Assembly: GCA_964016885.1 (NCBI GenBank) | Contig: OZ024745.1 | Coordinates: forward strand, 35,464,001 to 35,528,000 | Origin: Eledone cirrhosa | Taxonomy: Eukaryota | Reading direction: 5' to 3' | Length of the DNA stretch: 64,000 bases | Shown here: positions 49,698 through 64,000 of the stretch, one piece after another | Position numbering within the stretch: the stretch's first letter is position 1 | How the letters are laid out: every line of letters begins with the position of its first letter | Notes under the pieces: generated by a model | Database searches by the model: none | The model's input: the letters and a program-made list of their open reading frames with translations, nothing else | What the model was told of the DNA's origin: nothing | Program-made: the position numbers and the translations under genes

Positions 49698-52603
49698 TAT
49701 TGATGTTATTATTAACGTTTGTTCAGGTCACTGTCTAGAATTGTACTCGGAATCTTGAGCTTAGTAGCCCGCTTTTTAACCCCTTTTTTTCTTTTTTCAC
49801 GTGAATTTTGTTTAATTTTTTTTTTTTTTATAATTTTTTTTTTTTTAGGGCTTTAAACTGATATTTCTCTATCCTTCCTCAATACCGGTTCCCACATAGT
49901 ACGCATATCTGCACTAGGTCTGCTTATGAGGTTATTATGTCCTAATTAGGGTGCGTCCTCGGAGACGAAGCGTCTTCGGCGCCGGGTAATACGGTATGTA
50001 ACATCGATTTCACTAGATACTAAGATTACTAACGTTTTCTGAGCTAATTATTTCCTGCCCCCAAAGACAATGTTAGCTTATATATATTTGTATTTTATGC
50101 AAATACACACATAACTTCATTAGTCCTCCTAATATGCTCAGCAGTGCAACAACTAGCAATGAGATTTAAATAATAGAAGTATTTCAAAACATTTGGTATT
50201 AGTAGAAATGTAAATGTATTAGAAAAGTTCATTTAGTCTGCACTGGATAATATCGAGGAAAGTATCTTTTGGAAGCATATAAAGTTATGAATGATATATA
50301 ATTTCCCTTAGTCCTATGTAAATAAGTATGAGAAAATTCCAGAAGGATATACTTGATTTCTAATTCAATCTGGACGGATTTAGTATTGTATTATTTACTA
50401 TTCGATTCCCTCCGTTCCACTTAATCCTCAAGTACGTGTAAACATGTGTGCAATTATATATGATTTGGAACAAAAGTTCTATGTGTGAAGTAGGCCAACT
50501 ATAGCAGTTCGTTATAAGTACTTCTCAAATGTTGCTTAAGGGAGACTGTCAGTGATTTCTGAGATTTTGTATAAATATAAACGACTTGTTGATTGATTTT
50601 ATATCCAAAATTCTATCAACTACTAGCCAATAATCAAGCATACGGAATTGATATTTCAGCTGGGAAAAATGCCATTTCAATTGGATGAGAAATCTAATCG
50701 TTTAAAACATTGTTAATCGAGTACCTGTACTTTCATCTGAACAAAGAGTTAGATAATAAATCAACGTTAGCCGAGATCTGATAATATTAAGTATGTCCCG
50801 AAGAGAGCAGGTTATCAGAAAGATTTCTGCATAAAGCGTATATATAATGATATTTGTCTATTATAAATGTCCCTCGGCCTTGTTGCCCCCATGTCTATTC
50901 ACTTAAATAAATCTCTATATTTACTTATATAAGTTTTGTTTTTCCATTGAGTGTTAATTCAGCTAATGTTTGACCAAACTGTATACACGTGTATAGAAAA
51001 CACCCCTTCAATATTCTTGTTTTTATACATATCAGAATCTGATTTTAGCATCAACATACCCTGACCCAAATTGTAAGTTTCAGTCTCACATCTTCACTGT
51101 ATGTTGCCACATACCCTAACACTTTATGACTCCTTTATATGTGAATTAATCTTAATTATAGATTAATTCCCTTGAACGATGTGCTCAACACACACAAATT
51201 AATGCTTTCTCTGTCTTTACAATCACTTCGTTACAAAACTGAGATACCATATATACCTTTGTATGCGAAACACTCAAACACTTGAGAATTTCAATCTTTT
51301 ACGGTTTATCGCAACAATACGATGCGTAATTTCTCTCCCGCATAAATATAGATTAATCTACTTAATATCAAATTAATATAATTCAGATATACTATCTAAA
51401 TGACATAACTATCATTTATCACCATAAAGTATTATTAAGTCATGAAATGTTAAAATTTTGAATAGCTTTAGTAATATCTCCTGGAGTTTACACATTCACA
51501 AGAAATCTTAAGCTATACTGCCAAGAACTTACCTTTTTAGTTAATATATTCATTACAATCTGCCTTAAAATGCTACAACCAGCGGAATTCAATATTTTAT
51601 AGAAATTCATAGATTGGAATATTTTTCTCAGCACACATCGCCTAATATGATACACATAAGCATTTCGTTACTATCATGTAGCTATATATTATTTGTGTAC
51701 CAAGAACTCAGGAAGCAGTCCAAAACACCCTCCCAACACTTTTACTGGTTTCAGTCATTGGATGACGGTGATGTTAAGTAACAAGTCTCAGAGGTTTACA
51801 CAATTATATCGGACTCATTCCATAAATGTTTCATATTTAGTACTTATTTCGTCGATTTCCCTTTGTTGGACGGTTAAAACAACAGCACCAGCTGTTAAGC
51901 GGAATAGATGTGAATTTTGACACATTCATATAAACACACATACGCAAGGTGGTTCGCGGCACATTCTCCATATATCAAATAACCCTCAGAAGACATTGAT
52001 CAACTCGAAGTTATAATAAAAGGCACTTGCTCTCAGTCCCACACAGCATGACCAAACACGAAACCACATGATTGCATAGCGTATATTTTAACAATACAGA
52101 GATATATAGCTATTATATTTGTATGAAAACCTTATATAGAGAAATGAATTAGCAGTAAATAACAATGATATTCATGTTCTGGTTGGTTAATAAATAAATT
52201 GAAATCAAAAGGAATGAACATCATGAGATATTTAACAAGTAAAACCAGATATATGACAATACGATACACCGAAGAATGAATCGATTTCGTATCCACATCT
52301 AAGAATAGAACCGGAAAATCATCTTCTATATAAAAAATGAAAAACCGAGAAATATTTTAATTTTCTTTCGCGTTGACTATAACTGTTAATGAGAAGGCAT
52401 TCACTAATTGGCTTTGTATTGTTTATGTAAGGTATATATTGATAAAAAATGCCTTCTAAAATATATAAAGGATTTCAATTCTATTATCAATAAATTTCTA
52501 GTGCAATTATTTTCTGGATTCCTTTCAAGTGAGGTTATCGAAATCAATGGTGTTGATTTCAGTTCTATTAGAATTTACGTTAACCTGATATCGGAGTGTA
52601 TAT

Positions 52604-52723
52604 TAATAATTGTTTCTACTTTTGGCACAAGGCCAGCAATTATTCCAGCGTATTACTGGTACTTTATTTTATCGACCCCGTAAGGATAAAAGGCAAAGTT
52701 AACCTCGGCGGGATTTGAACTCA
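52604..52723 (-). mobile_element. 5'-truncated SINE copy
   Basis: Same family as 12414-12592. Confidence 0.85.
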
Positions 52724-53639
52724 ATCCACCATTTAATAATGACGATTAGAATATGCACCTTCATTCAACGCATAAATATACATACAAACGCACGCGCCGA
52801 CACAGACAGACACACACACACACTCATATATACATATAAGCACAGAGACAATGACCTGGCACAGTCTTTAGGACATTCGAATGGAATGTTTACAGTATTC
52901 ATCGCTTTGAGTTCAAATCCCACTGTATGTCGTGGTGGATACAAAATCACCAGTCCAGCTCTAGTGTTCATTCTTCCTCTCTTATCTCTTTTTTTATTTC
53001 CTTTTATCAATCATTTTTTCCTCTCTGGAGGAAAGCGGCACATTTCACCCATGGATGGGGATGTTCTTCACTTGGTTTAAAATGCTAAAATAACGCCTTA
53101 TATCACGATTCCACCAGGAGCTACTGTTATATATACATAAATAGCTTCCATATATGACATGTCGCTGGAAATTCAACCAGGTTAATGGGGTGACCGATAT
53201 GAAATATGCCACAAAAATAAAATATGGGATAATAAGAATTACAACTTACTTCGTAGAACAACTTGATATTTGAGTTATCTGTCACCTCGACTACGACTGT
53301 TGAATTACAGGTAATTACTCGCGTAGCCAAGCAATATATGGCAACTGTTGACATTATGAGTGGTATGTATTTAATCCATAAAACTGCCCGAACACTCGCC
53401 AGGACATAAAAATACATAAAAATATTGTTTGCTAGAACACGGATCAATAGAATATAAAATATTTGTTTTTCAACATGTATTTTGTAATCAATTCACACAA
53501 AGCTTCTTCACCCCCACCCCCCACACTACAGATACATGTATGTATGCATTTCTTTTTGTAAATATGCATGGATGCATGTTTGTATGCATGTATTTATGCA
53601 AGTATTTATGCATGTATGTATACATATATATATATATAT

Positions 53640-53834
53640 CACATTTTTTTTATTGTTTGACCCGAATTACTTGGTCGTTTCTATGGCTGTGCGGATGTCG
53701 GTTTAACCATCGTCTCAATGTGTTTGGCCTTTAACGTATGTTGTAGCTCTGGTTCGTCAGAATTATTGAGCGCTTGCCACACATCTCGGAAGTTGTTTTT
53801 CGCTAATTCCAAAGCCGAAATACGATTCTCGCTA

Positions 53835-53906
<72 letters not shown>

Positions 53907-54106
53907 TTAGCGAGAATCGCATTTCGGCGGGTAGAAATTAGCGAAACGCAAATTGTGTTGATAACCGCTCCATGGATATGAAGATACCAGAGCTATAAAC
54001 AAGTTAAAAAGGTCATACAAAACTGAGACGATGGTTAAGAAGCCATTAACCACCTAAGCCAAAAAAGCGAACAAGCTAAACGGCTCAAACAAAATAAGAT
54101 ATGAAA
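53640..54106. repeat. Two diverged copies of the TA-anchored repeat in inverted orientation around one (TA)n tract
   Basis: ...attctcgctaattt(TA)n aaatttagcgagaat...; similarity extends about 200 bp each side. Confidence 0.85.
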
Positions 54107-54130
54107 TATATATATATATATATATGCAAA

Positions 54131-54313
54131 ATAATTGTTTCTACATTTGGCTCAAGGCCAGCAATTATCCCAGTGCATTATTCGTGCTTTATTTCATCAA
54201 CCCCCGTAAGGATGAAAGGTAAAGTTAATCTCGGCGGGATTTGAACTCAGACCGTAAAGGGATATAACTCTATGCTGCAAAACATGGTGTCCGTCTCTCT
54301 ACCGATATTTCCA
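54131..54313 (-). mobile_element. tRNA-derived SINE copy
   Basis: Same family as 12414-12592. Confidence 0.85.
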
Positions 54314-55285
54314 AACCACCACTCTTATATGCAAAATATAACAATAGGTACTGTATGCAAAAAATATGAAGCAACACTCAATAATTTACCGGCGAGTAGG
54401 ATAGATTTTATTCATGTTGAAATATTTTGCTACGCCGTTTTTCAAGTTCTTGTTCGTCCGGCCATTGATTAGAATTTGTTGGAAGTTTCTATATTTTAAC
54501 AGTACGAGCTGAAAAACTAATTGACACGTGAACAATACTTATTAAAAAATATACAAATATGTATTATATGTGTAACTCTGTCCATGCTTTGCTGGAGCGG
54601 ATGTGAACTAAGAGGTGTATATATGGGGCACTATGTGACGATCGTTTTCGATCATGTTTTTATAGTGACTATAATTTGTGGACATATTTAGATATGTTAT
54701 CTAGAAGTAGGGGTTCTAGGAATAGTAGATGTTTAATGATTGTTTAGTAGAGGGTGGTGTTAAGTGAATAGTGGTCTGATATTGCATTGCTAAATATTTG
54801 AAGCACTGATTCGTAGATCACTGATGAATTAAAGAATATATATATATATATATGATGGCTGCCCCTTCGTTATCGAGTATGGCCATTGCACTATATACCA
54901 TTATTAATAATTATTAATTAATTCTATCGTGCAATGCCTGTGCGTGAAGATATTTTTTAAAGTGGGGAAGACTGTGCACTGAGCCAATCCCACTCTCTGA
55001 GCGACAGTAGCTATAACCCGAAAAGAAGAAAAGATCGACATCATCGGTAACTACTGAGCCGCAGGTTTTATATCGGTATTATCCCAGTTTCCTGAGTTGT
55101 CTTCTTCTAGAAGAATGCCCTGACAAAGGCTAGGGGTCCTTCACTCCCAGTGGTTTAACCGCGCGATCGGGTGTCAGGCCCGACTATTTCTATGTCCCCG
55201 CGTATATACATACACATGTACCCATGTATATACACATATACATACATATGTACATGTGCATATACATATCTACGCACTTTTGTGT

Positions 55286-55466
55286 GACCGTTGACTCTTA
55301 TGAGTTCTTCCGCCCTTTGTCAGGTTTTGTTTTTGTCCTCCAGGGTGTCCAAAATCTCCCTCCTCACCAAGTAAACTTGGTCGGGTTGCCGGTTTAGTCG
55401 CCGACAACCCAACCATGCGACAGGTTGTACTGGGTTACATGTTACCAGTAGCACTCATATATATAT

Positions 55467-55553
<87 letters not shown>

Positions 55554-55760
55554 TGCATGTATTTATGTATGTATGTTATGTCTGGTCGGTCTTTAGCGTT
55601 ACTGGTAACATGTAACCCAGTACAACCTGTGCATGGTCGGGTGGTCGGTGACTAAGCCAGCACCGCCACCAAGCTTGGTTGGTGAAGAGGGTGATTTTAG
55701 ACACCCTGCGGTATGAAAAACCTGTCAAAGGGCAGAGGAACTCATGAGAGTCAACGGCCA
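55286..55760. repeat. Inverted pair of a GC-richer repeat (55286-55455 / 55594-55760) around a TA/TG tract
   Basis: acaggttgtactgggttacatgttaccagta / tactggtaacatgtaacccagtacaacctgt pair perfectly; the remainder is diverged. Confidence 0.85.
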
Positions 55761-56160
55761 TCAATAAATTATTTTTCTTTTTTGTGGAGCTAGAGACTCA
55801 TAGTTTTCATTAAGACATCTCTTTAGTAGAAGTTCACTCTGATATGAAACCTGCGACTTCGTTTGCATCCAATGAAGTAGACCAGTCGGTTTTTTGGGGG
55901 GGTAAATGCATTCGATGTTCAGAGAGTGGAATTGGCAAAGCCTTTCCTCACTTATAAAAGCTTTAAGCAGAGCCATCACTTGATATGTGACATTTTTTGC
56001 AATGCATATTATTGGTGGCCACAGGCAAGTCCCTAGCAGAAGTAAAAAGCCACGTCCGTGATGCTCATGCTTAAGTATCAAGCAATAGCATTACTCGAAA
56101 TCGAGTCGCAAGCATCATGTATATATATATATATATATGTTTGTATAACATATATATATG

Positions 56161-56202
<42 letters not shown>

Positions 56203-56712
56203 AATATAATTTAGAAAGACATTTACCCATATAACCCCGTAAATTAATACGTATTGGCATATATTTTCCTATAAATATTTTATATTCTGTTGTTTTCATT
56301 TTCAAATTTAATTTTAGTTTTAATCGATAACATATTTCGATGTATTCCTTTAGACTTTTCTAACGTATCAATCGTTATCCCCCGCGCTGCTTCCGTCATC
56401 AGGATTGGTAATTATTAACTGACAGAGCTCACATTAAATTTTTGTCAAAAAATATTCATAAAAATTATTGAAGGCTGTGATATGAAGTTAACTATCACAT
56501 TAATAAAATTGAAATTAAATCAAATTCAAATTGATTTTGATATCCTTACTTGAAAGGGATCCAGATAATGAATGCATTAAAATAATTTGGCAATATAAAC
56601 ACCCGCAATTCAACGAATCTGTATATAATAATACTAACCTGAGAATGAATGTATCTAATATGACCTAATGTAATGTAGTGTGTATGTATGTCTCATGTCT
56701 CTATGTATATAT

Positions 56713-56745
<33 letters not shown>

Positions 56746-57925
56746 AAAATATATATATGTATATATATATATATATATATATGCATGTGTGAATATATAT
56801 ATATATATATACATACACACACACCCGCACATTCACACTCACTCACATACACACTAACATACACACACACACATACACACACACACACACATATATATAT
56901 ATCCATATGGGTGGGTGCGTTGCGTGCCATTTACCATGATCTGTTCCAACAATGACTGTTAGATCAACGTAAAAACTGGAGGTATCAACGCCACACATTG
57001 ATATCTCTCCAGGAAAGTGCACCGAGTCTACGTGAAATATATTTTCCTGCTCAAGCGTACAACGTCCCACTGAGATTAAACGACCTTAGAATCTCGAGCA
57101 GAACACTATAACCGCTAAGCGAAGTACGTTTGCACCCCTCAAGAGAGAAAGTGAGTTAGAAGGTTGCATTACCTTGATAACGACCATATAAGTCAGACAG
57201 AGTTATTGGTAATTCTCCTTACTTCTGTTGGAACTCGCTTGATGGCGCCCTGCAACAACCTTTTAAAATTCATAGCTAAATGGTTTTAAATGTCTTTTCG
57301 TAAATATATTGTATATGACTCGATATACAAAACTTAAATACTTTTATTATACAGCTATGTTAGAGCGAACAATTTAATTATATATAAACTTAAATAACAC
57401 ACTATGAAAACACTAAGAAGGTTTGCAAATGATAGATCTAAAGATTTCTGATGACCATTACATATAGACTGCTTTGATACTTTCTAGTCATATTTGGAAA
57501 GGAGAAAATAGTGGGAAATTATCAGCAGACGATATTGCATTCGCAAATAGTTGCTTTTGATATATAGGGAAAAGATGCAGTATCCATTTTACTGCTGTCA
57601 CAAATCTACTTTCGTGTTCGATGACACTGTGTAATACTTTGAGTCAAATTTTCTAACATAACCTCCTATTGACAAGTAATGTAAATGACATTTATTATAC
57701 AGGAATTGTGACGGAAGTACGGAGGAGGGTGAGATGTATTTCTTAGTTTGTGTATTTATAACGTGATACGGTTTAACACTTTGGCACGTTCAGCAGAGTG
57801 GTAGATTGCTACATAATAATATTACACAATAAAAAGAAAACTAGATATATGATACCACATGTGTTTTAAAGACAACTATCTTGTAACCAGGTGATCTAAG
57901 ATCAATCCAGTTGTGAAACAAGTAC

Positions 57926-58019
<94 letters not shown>

Positions 58020-59352
58020 GGAAAGGAATATGTGTGGCTGATTTGTTATACTTTGAGTGCATTTTACATTAAAGTTTGCCATACGAATAAATTGGTGAAA
58101 TACATGTTTACATGTGTGTATGTGGTGTATTACGTATCAAACAAAGGCACTCCACCGCATACATATATATATATATGAATATATACATAACGAAATGAAA
58201 ATAATATAAAACAGTTAATAAAAATTTTAGATTTCGTGCTGCCAGGATTGACGTATGTACAGGGTATGACTCTCTAGTTTAACTATTATTCCCAGTCTTT
58301 ATGGTATATATCTTTTTACTATATATTAATAAAAGGTATATTGAACTTAAGTTAGTTTTATGTATATTTCTGCTCTGTTTTGGGATATTTTGGCTCAATA
58401 ATGTAAACCAGAAAATGCAGATGAAGTTCACGTATATTCGGCAACCTTCTGCTGTGCTTCACTTGCTTAACAAATATGCTTCTGGCAAGTCCAGCTGATT
58501 ATAATATGATTATTTAACTAATATTAAATATCTTTGGCTCACTAATGCGAAAGAAGCCGATCTAACTCCGTCTCGATGTCGAATAAACCGATTAAGTTCT
58601 ACAACGTTGACCTTTGTATATCTAGTTATGCTAGTATGCTAAATACGTTTAGTAGTAGCATTCGCTAAGACAAACTGTCTTTGTAGTAAAACAACGTCAC
58701 CATTAAAGCTTTTAAATAGACCTTATGACATCGTATGATAGGTCCAGAGAGAATACACCAATCTCAAACATGACAAATACAAAGCTACAGAAGCAACAAT
58801 AATATTCTCAATGAAGAATCATTAACATCTAAAATAACATTAAAAAAAATACTGATAGATGTGCTATCAAAGGGGAAAACTACTATTACTTTGCTATACC
58901 AATGTCCGACAAACCATATCTAGCTAGGCAATTTATACAACAAATATGTTTAGTCTGGATATCAAGATGAATCGTAAGCAGCGACCACTTAAAAGAATCA
59001 CAACAACAAATTAAAGGGGCGAACTTCAACGGAATTATAGAAGACCGAGAACAAAGAGTAATACAATTGGGGGAAACATAATCGAGATCAAACCTTAATG
59101 GCTAACATGGATTAAGCAAAATGAAGATACGAATACATCAATCAGTACAGAACGAGCAACAGAAATGATGTTAATATAAATAGCTAAACTGATATAAACA
59201 ACAATAACAACAACAATAAACATTCATGAAACAATATTCTTCTAACAGGGAAACTACAAATTCCAAACTTAAAAATTTCTTCTAAAAGCAAAAACAGCAA
59301 CAAAACGATAAGAAATCTGCTAAACCAAACAAACGACTACAATTATTAGACC

Positions 59353-59492
59353 AGTAGAATAAAATTCAGTTATGTATCCCGTTTATTAGTAGAACAAAAT
59401 TCAGTTATGTATCCCGTTTATTAGTAGAACAAAATTCAGTTATGTATCCCGTTTATGAGTAGAACAAAATTCAGTTATGTATCCCGTTTATT
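59353..59492. repeat. Minisatellite, 4 x 35 bp
   Basis: agtagaacaaaattcagttatgtatcccgtttatt x4. Confidence 0.95.
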
Positions 59493-60866
59493 ATCACTTT
59501 TTTCATTTTAAATATGTTAATATATAAATGTTGATCAATATACTATTCAATATAGCAATCCTTTTCTATTTTCATCGCGTTGCAGTGGCACATGTTGAGA
59601 TGGCAATACTGAAGATGGCATGATGAAATGTACTGGAAATTTCTAAACTAAAACAAATGTATGTTTTCGTTTTATATTTTCAGTTAAATTTGAATGAATC
59701 AAAAATAAAACAATACAAACGAAAACGAAAAATATATAAAAGAACATTGAAAATATATATAAAGACATTAAAAATATAACAATGTTGCAATGTTTCTACA
59801 ATAAACTCGGTCGATTGTTTATACATTGTTTTGAGAAAGTCAATTGCACACATACATTTGTTTCCTTTTACTTGTTTCCCCGTCCAACTCCCCACTCGGT
59901 CTTTACGTCGTTCCTCTCTTTTATTTTACTACACCCTCACCACTTTGCGGGGATTTTCATTTTGATTGAGAAACAACATTATCAAAATAATAATGATAAA
60001 TAAAATAAATCAGAAAAAAATAAGCAAAACAAAACAAGGACTGCAATAGCAAAACAATACAGCATTAATAAAACAAACAAAAAAAACAGAGACTGAATTA
60101 ATATCTAATCATTTAAAGAAGTAAATGCAGATACTTTCAAAAATGTAAAGAAATTTCTGGAATGGCAAGAAAGAAAAAAAAACAGCTATCGATCATTTAT
60201 TGATTACTAGAACTTTTGGCAGTTATTTTGTAATCATGTCCAGGGTAGTAGTAAGATTCACCCTTGGAAGGAAGGCGAATTCACATATATAAGATTTCCT
60301 ACTCTAGCTCCACCTTCCTTCACCTACCTCGAAGCAGGTAGATAGATATTTTATCCAGACTATATTCACCTCATACCATGTTCTTTTGTCGATGAAATAT
60401 CGATGTTAAACAATCTTTAGTCATCAGTTCTATACTGCAGCTGCGATCAGTGTTTTATTTTTTCTGCTCTGTTGAGCAGAAACTTCCCTCAGTTTGACAT
60501 AATCGCTACCCTAAATGCACCATATTGTCTCCGAATAAATAATAATGTATTGCTGTGTAGAATGGACAGTAGGGGGCGATGGTGACGACTGTAGTTTAGA
60601 AATCAGTATGGATATACTTTTGTTTCTATTTGTTTCATATTTGTTTCATATGTAGTTAAACCAGTGTGCAAATATTTTTGAAAAAAAAAAGGAATAAGAA
60701 AAACAAGAAAAAACCCACCAGCAAAATGAATGTGGTTGTTTTTCGGATAGGAAAATAAAATTATTGGAGATGGAAGTGATGGTAGTAGTAGTAGTAGTAG
60801 TGGTAGCACAGTTTATGAAATTTGTATAATGAATACGAACCCTCCCCCTCAATGCCAGTATGCTGT

Positions 60867-60933
<67 letters not shown>

Positions 60934-61111
60934 TATGTGTATATATATATATGTATATGTATATATATGTTTATGTGTATATATATATATATGTATATGT
61001 ATAAATATCTTTATGTGTATATATATGTATATATATATGTATATATATGTTTATGTGTATATATATATGTATATATATGTTTATGTGTATATATATATGT
61101 ATATATATGTT

Positions 61112-61142
<31 letters not shown>

Positions 61143-61186
61143 TTATGTTTATGTGTATATATATATATGTATATATATATATACAC

Positions 61187-63201
61187 AGAGAGAAAATCCT
61201 CAACGCTCACATGATGATGTGGACTGACATCCTAAAGCCAAGCAGACGCACTGCCAACAACTTCCAGGCGTCTAACAATGGAATACCACCCTTGTATGGG
61301 CTCCGCAAAGACCACAAGACAGTCGACGACCCGACAACAGGACTACCAACAAGACCCGTATGCGGAGCTAATATAGCTAGTAACTACAGGATCTCCTACT
61401 TCCTCTCAATGGTTATACGCCCCATAATGAAGATGTCCCCAGATGTATGTGACAGTACAGAGGACCTCCTCAGCAGAATCAGTGAGTGCAACAAAAACAG
61501 GAACCTATCCAACTGCATAATAGGCAGCATGGATGTGGTGTCACTGTACCCATCCATTAACATTGATTTTGCTGTGAAAAGATGTGTGGAGATGATCATT
61601 GAGAGTGAGGTGGAGTTCTGCGACGTCGACACAGACGAACTGGGCCTCCTACTTAGACTTACTTACGACACTGACTACCTAGACAGCCATGACCTTAGAC
61701 GTTTCTGCCCTAGTAGACCTATAAGAGGTAGACCCCACCACTATAACCCCAATGGCAAAAAAGACTCCCATGGGAAGGTGGATTGGGTGGACCAAAGCCA
61801 TACGGACCCCCCAAAACAATGATCAGGTAAGAAAAATGGTCGCACATGCAATAGGGGCTAGTATCAAAACTACCCTAAAGGGCCACATATTTAAGTTCAA
61901 CGAGAAGATCTACACCCAAAATGAGGGAGCAGCCATTGGCGTCAGCATAGCTGGTGATGTTGCCAACCTTTTCATGGTATGGTGGGAAAGGAGACTTAAA
62001 GATCTCCTTAATGAGAGCTCCATAGACCTCATCATGTACTCTCGTTATGTAGATGATATCAATATAGTTATAAGAACATCCCCGCTAGAGAGCACTAACA
62101 AGTTTGATTTAGAACGTAGCTCGATGGAAAGCATCCAGCAGATAGCTAATTCCATACACCAGAGTATAACTGTAACTATCGACTTCCCTTCCAAACACCC
62201 TAACAATAGACTACCTGTATTAGACACAGAACTCTGGATTAACACTATAGACGAGAGAGCCCAAATTCTCCACTCACACTATGCTAAACCCATGGCCTCC
62301 AAATACCTGATACTAAAAAACTCAGCAATGTCCAATAGTGCTAAGTTTAATATTCTGATCGCAGATTTGGTACGAGTGATGAAGAATGTGTCCCGCATGT
62401 GCGACCCAACAGAAATGGAAAGACACATCCAACACTTCATCAACCGCATGCAGTTCTCTGGCTACAACCACAGAGACAGAGTGTCAGAGTATACGAAGGA
62501 GCCATGGAGAAGTATAAGACCCTCATAGAACTGGACATTAAAGGAATTTGCCCATTATAGAGGAGCAAATCATGGAATAGCTTAGATAGGGCTAGACATA
62601 AGATAGGGAAAGCCACCTCATGGTACGACAACCAGAGATACCAGAGTGTCATTTTGTGGACGCTACCCTTGGAAGGAAATTAGCTAACCAGTGTAGAAAG
62701 GCCCTAAGAAAGACCCACTTAAAAATTAAGGTGGTAGAAAAGCCAGGAACCACCATAAAATCCCCGATCAGCAAAACCTACCCTTTTAAGAAAACCCACT
62801 GTACCAATAGGAAATGTATCATATGTAAGGTAAACCCCTGGATAAACTGTAAAACTAGAAACGTAGTCTATAGCATAAGATGTACAGAGGGTACTTGCAG
62901 AAACATGACAACAACATACATAGGTGAGACAGCTCGTAGCATAGGTGAAAGGATAGACCAACACTGGGAACTAAAAGGACGAAAAAACGGGTCAGTACTA
63001 TACGAACATGCTAGACAACAACATGACGGTAACATAGACAACATAGAAATTATAATAATATCTAAACATAGAAATGACCTAGCAGATAGGCAAATCAGAG
63101 AGGCCAGTGAAATAGAAATTAGAAGACCAAGACTAAATAGAAAGAATGAATGGAATAACAACAACACCCAAACAAACAACACTGACCTAAGAGAAGTATA
63201 A
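61187..63201 (+). pseudogene. Penelope-like RT + GIY-YIG ORF with 3 frameshifts (~61735, ~62482, ~62655) and a nonsense codon (62558)
   Basis: [43 protein letters not shown], Cys-rich linker, VVYSIRC...YIGETARSIGERIDQH, E...I...P.LN. Confidence 0.9.
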
Positions 63202-63440
63202 ATAAGTAAATAAAATAAAATAAATAAATAAATAAATACATACACAAGCACAATAACAACAATCACATAAACACACACTAGTCACCCATCACACAGCAAA
63301 CAAAACACTATACACACACCCAAACGCATGCGCAAAGAAGACAAAATAAAATAAACAAACAAACAAATAAATAAATAAATATATAGGCAGACTGAATAAA
63401 AATGACGTAGACGTACAATACAACAGGAGGAAGATATAAC

Positions 63441-63482
63441 ACCACTGACGATGTTGCAGATGTGCAACGAAAGATTTATGAT
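63441..63482 (+). ncRNA. Hammerhead ribozyme in the Penelope 3' pseudo-LTR (partly decayed stems I/III)
   Basis: ACCA-CTGACGA-T-GTTGCA GATG TGCAAC-GAA-AGATTT-A-TGAT. Confidence 0.7.
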
Positions 63483-63770
63483 AAACTATATATATGTGTT
63501 TGTGTCTATATTGTATCTGTATTATTTTTGACCGTCGGTCAGTCAATGGCAACATTGAGGACCGAGTATGTTAGATTACCGATATAAAAGACACAGAAGC
63601 GAGAAGCGAAAACCAACCAAACAGTGAGTGTGTTCTGTTATTAATTCTGGTAATATTACACAAATATGACCCTCCCCAAGTATAGCAATATATATATATA
63701 TATTAATATATATATATATGTATATTTATGTTTATGTGTGTATATTTATGTTTATGTGTGTATATATATG

Positions 63771-63819
<49 letters not shown>

Positions 63820-63828
63820 GTTTATATG

Positions 63829-63951
<123 letters not shown>

Positions 63952-64000
63952 GTTTATGTGTATATATATATATATATATATTTGTTTCGCGAGGTTTTTG

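Larger units (their letters stand above)
61186..63690 (+). mobile_element. 5'-truncated Penelope-like retroelement with C-terminal GIY-YIG endonuclease, inserted in (TA)n
   Basis: RT and EN motifs, 3' pseudo-LTR with hammerhead, same GTTTATGTGT TA-variant on both flanks. Confidence 0.92.

Noticed and set aside
56325-56406. Possible minus-strand hammerhead (CTGATGA...GAAATATGTTATC-GATT)
   Set aside because: Stems I and III are plausible, but there is no convincing stem II; left uncalled.
59353-59492. 35-bp repeats of CRISPR-like length
   Set aside because: Head-to-tail with no spacers, eukaryotic context, no cas genes.
61186-63690. Naiad-type selenoprotein Penelope element
   Set aside because: The endonuclease is C-terminal, the Cys motifs use TGT/TGC, there is no in-frame TGA in the repaired ORF and no clear SECIS.

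Overview
AT-rich eukaryotic, repeat-dominated window. It is probably an octopod cephalopod, inferred from the tRNA-derived SINE family and the extreme (TA)n content. There is one 200-N scaffold gap (7170-7369). No confidently intact host gene is present, and nearly all long ORFs in the track are artefacts of kilobase-long variant (TA)n arrays. The real coding content is retrotransposon-derived: (1) a near-intact APE-RT LINE (661-4733) with a CCCH zinc-finger ORF1 and an ATG-less ORF2 behind two in-phase -1 slippery heptamers; (2) the 3' end of a second LINE of the same type; (3) a 5'-truncated R4/Dong-like RLE element; (4) a Penelope-like element (RT + GIY-YIG, 61186-63690). The most striking signal is a dense population of small TA-embedded elements carrying minimal type-I hammerhead ribozymes, each family with its own palindromic stem III and many with fold-back or inverted ends. 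One ~470-bp non-coding family (6.7 kb and 27 kb) shows compensatory covariation in the ribozyme. It also shows a head-to-tail monomer junction and a twin-priming-type inversion that starts 19 nt after the predicted cleavage site, which makes it a retrozyme-like system.
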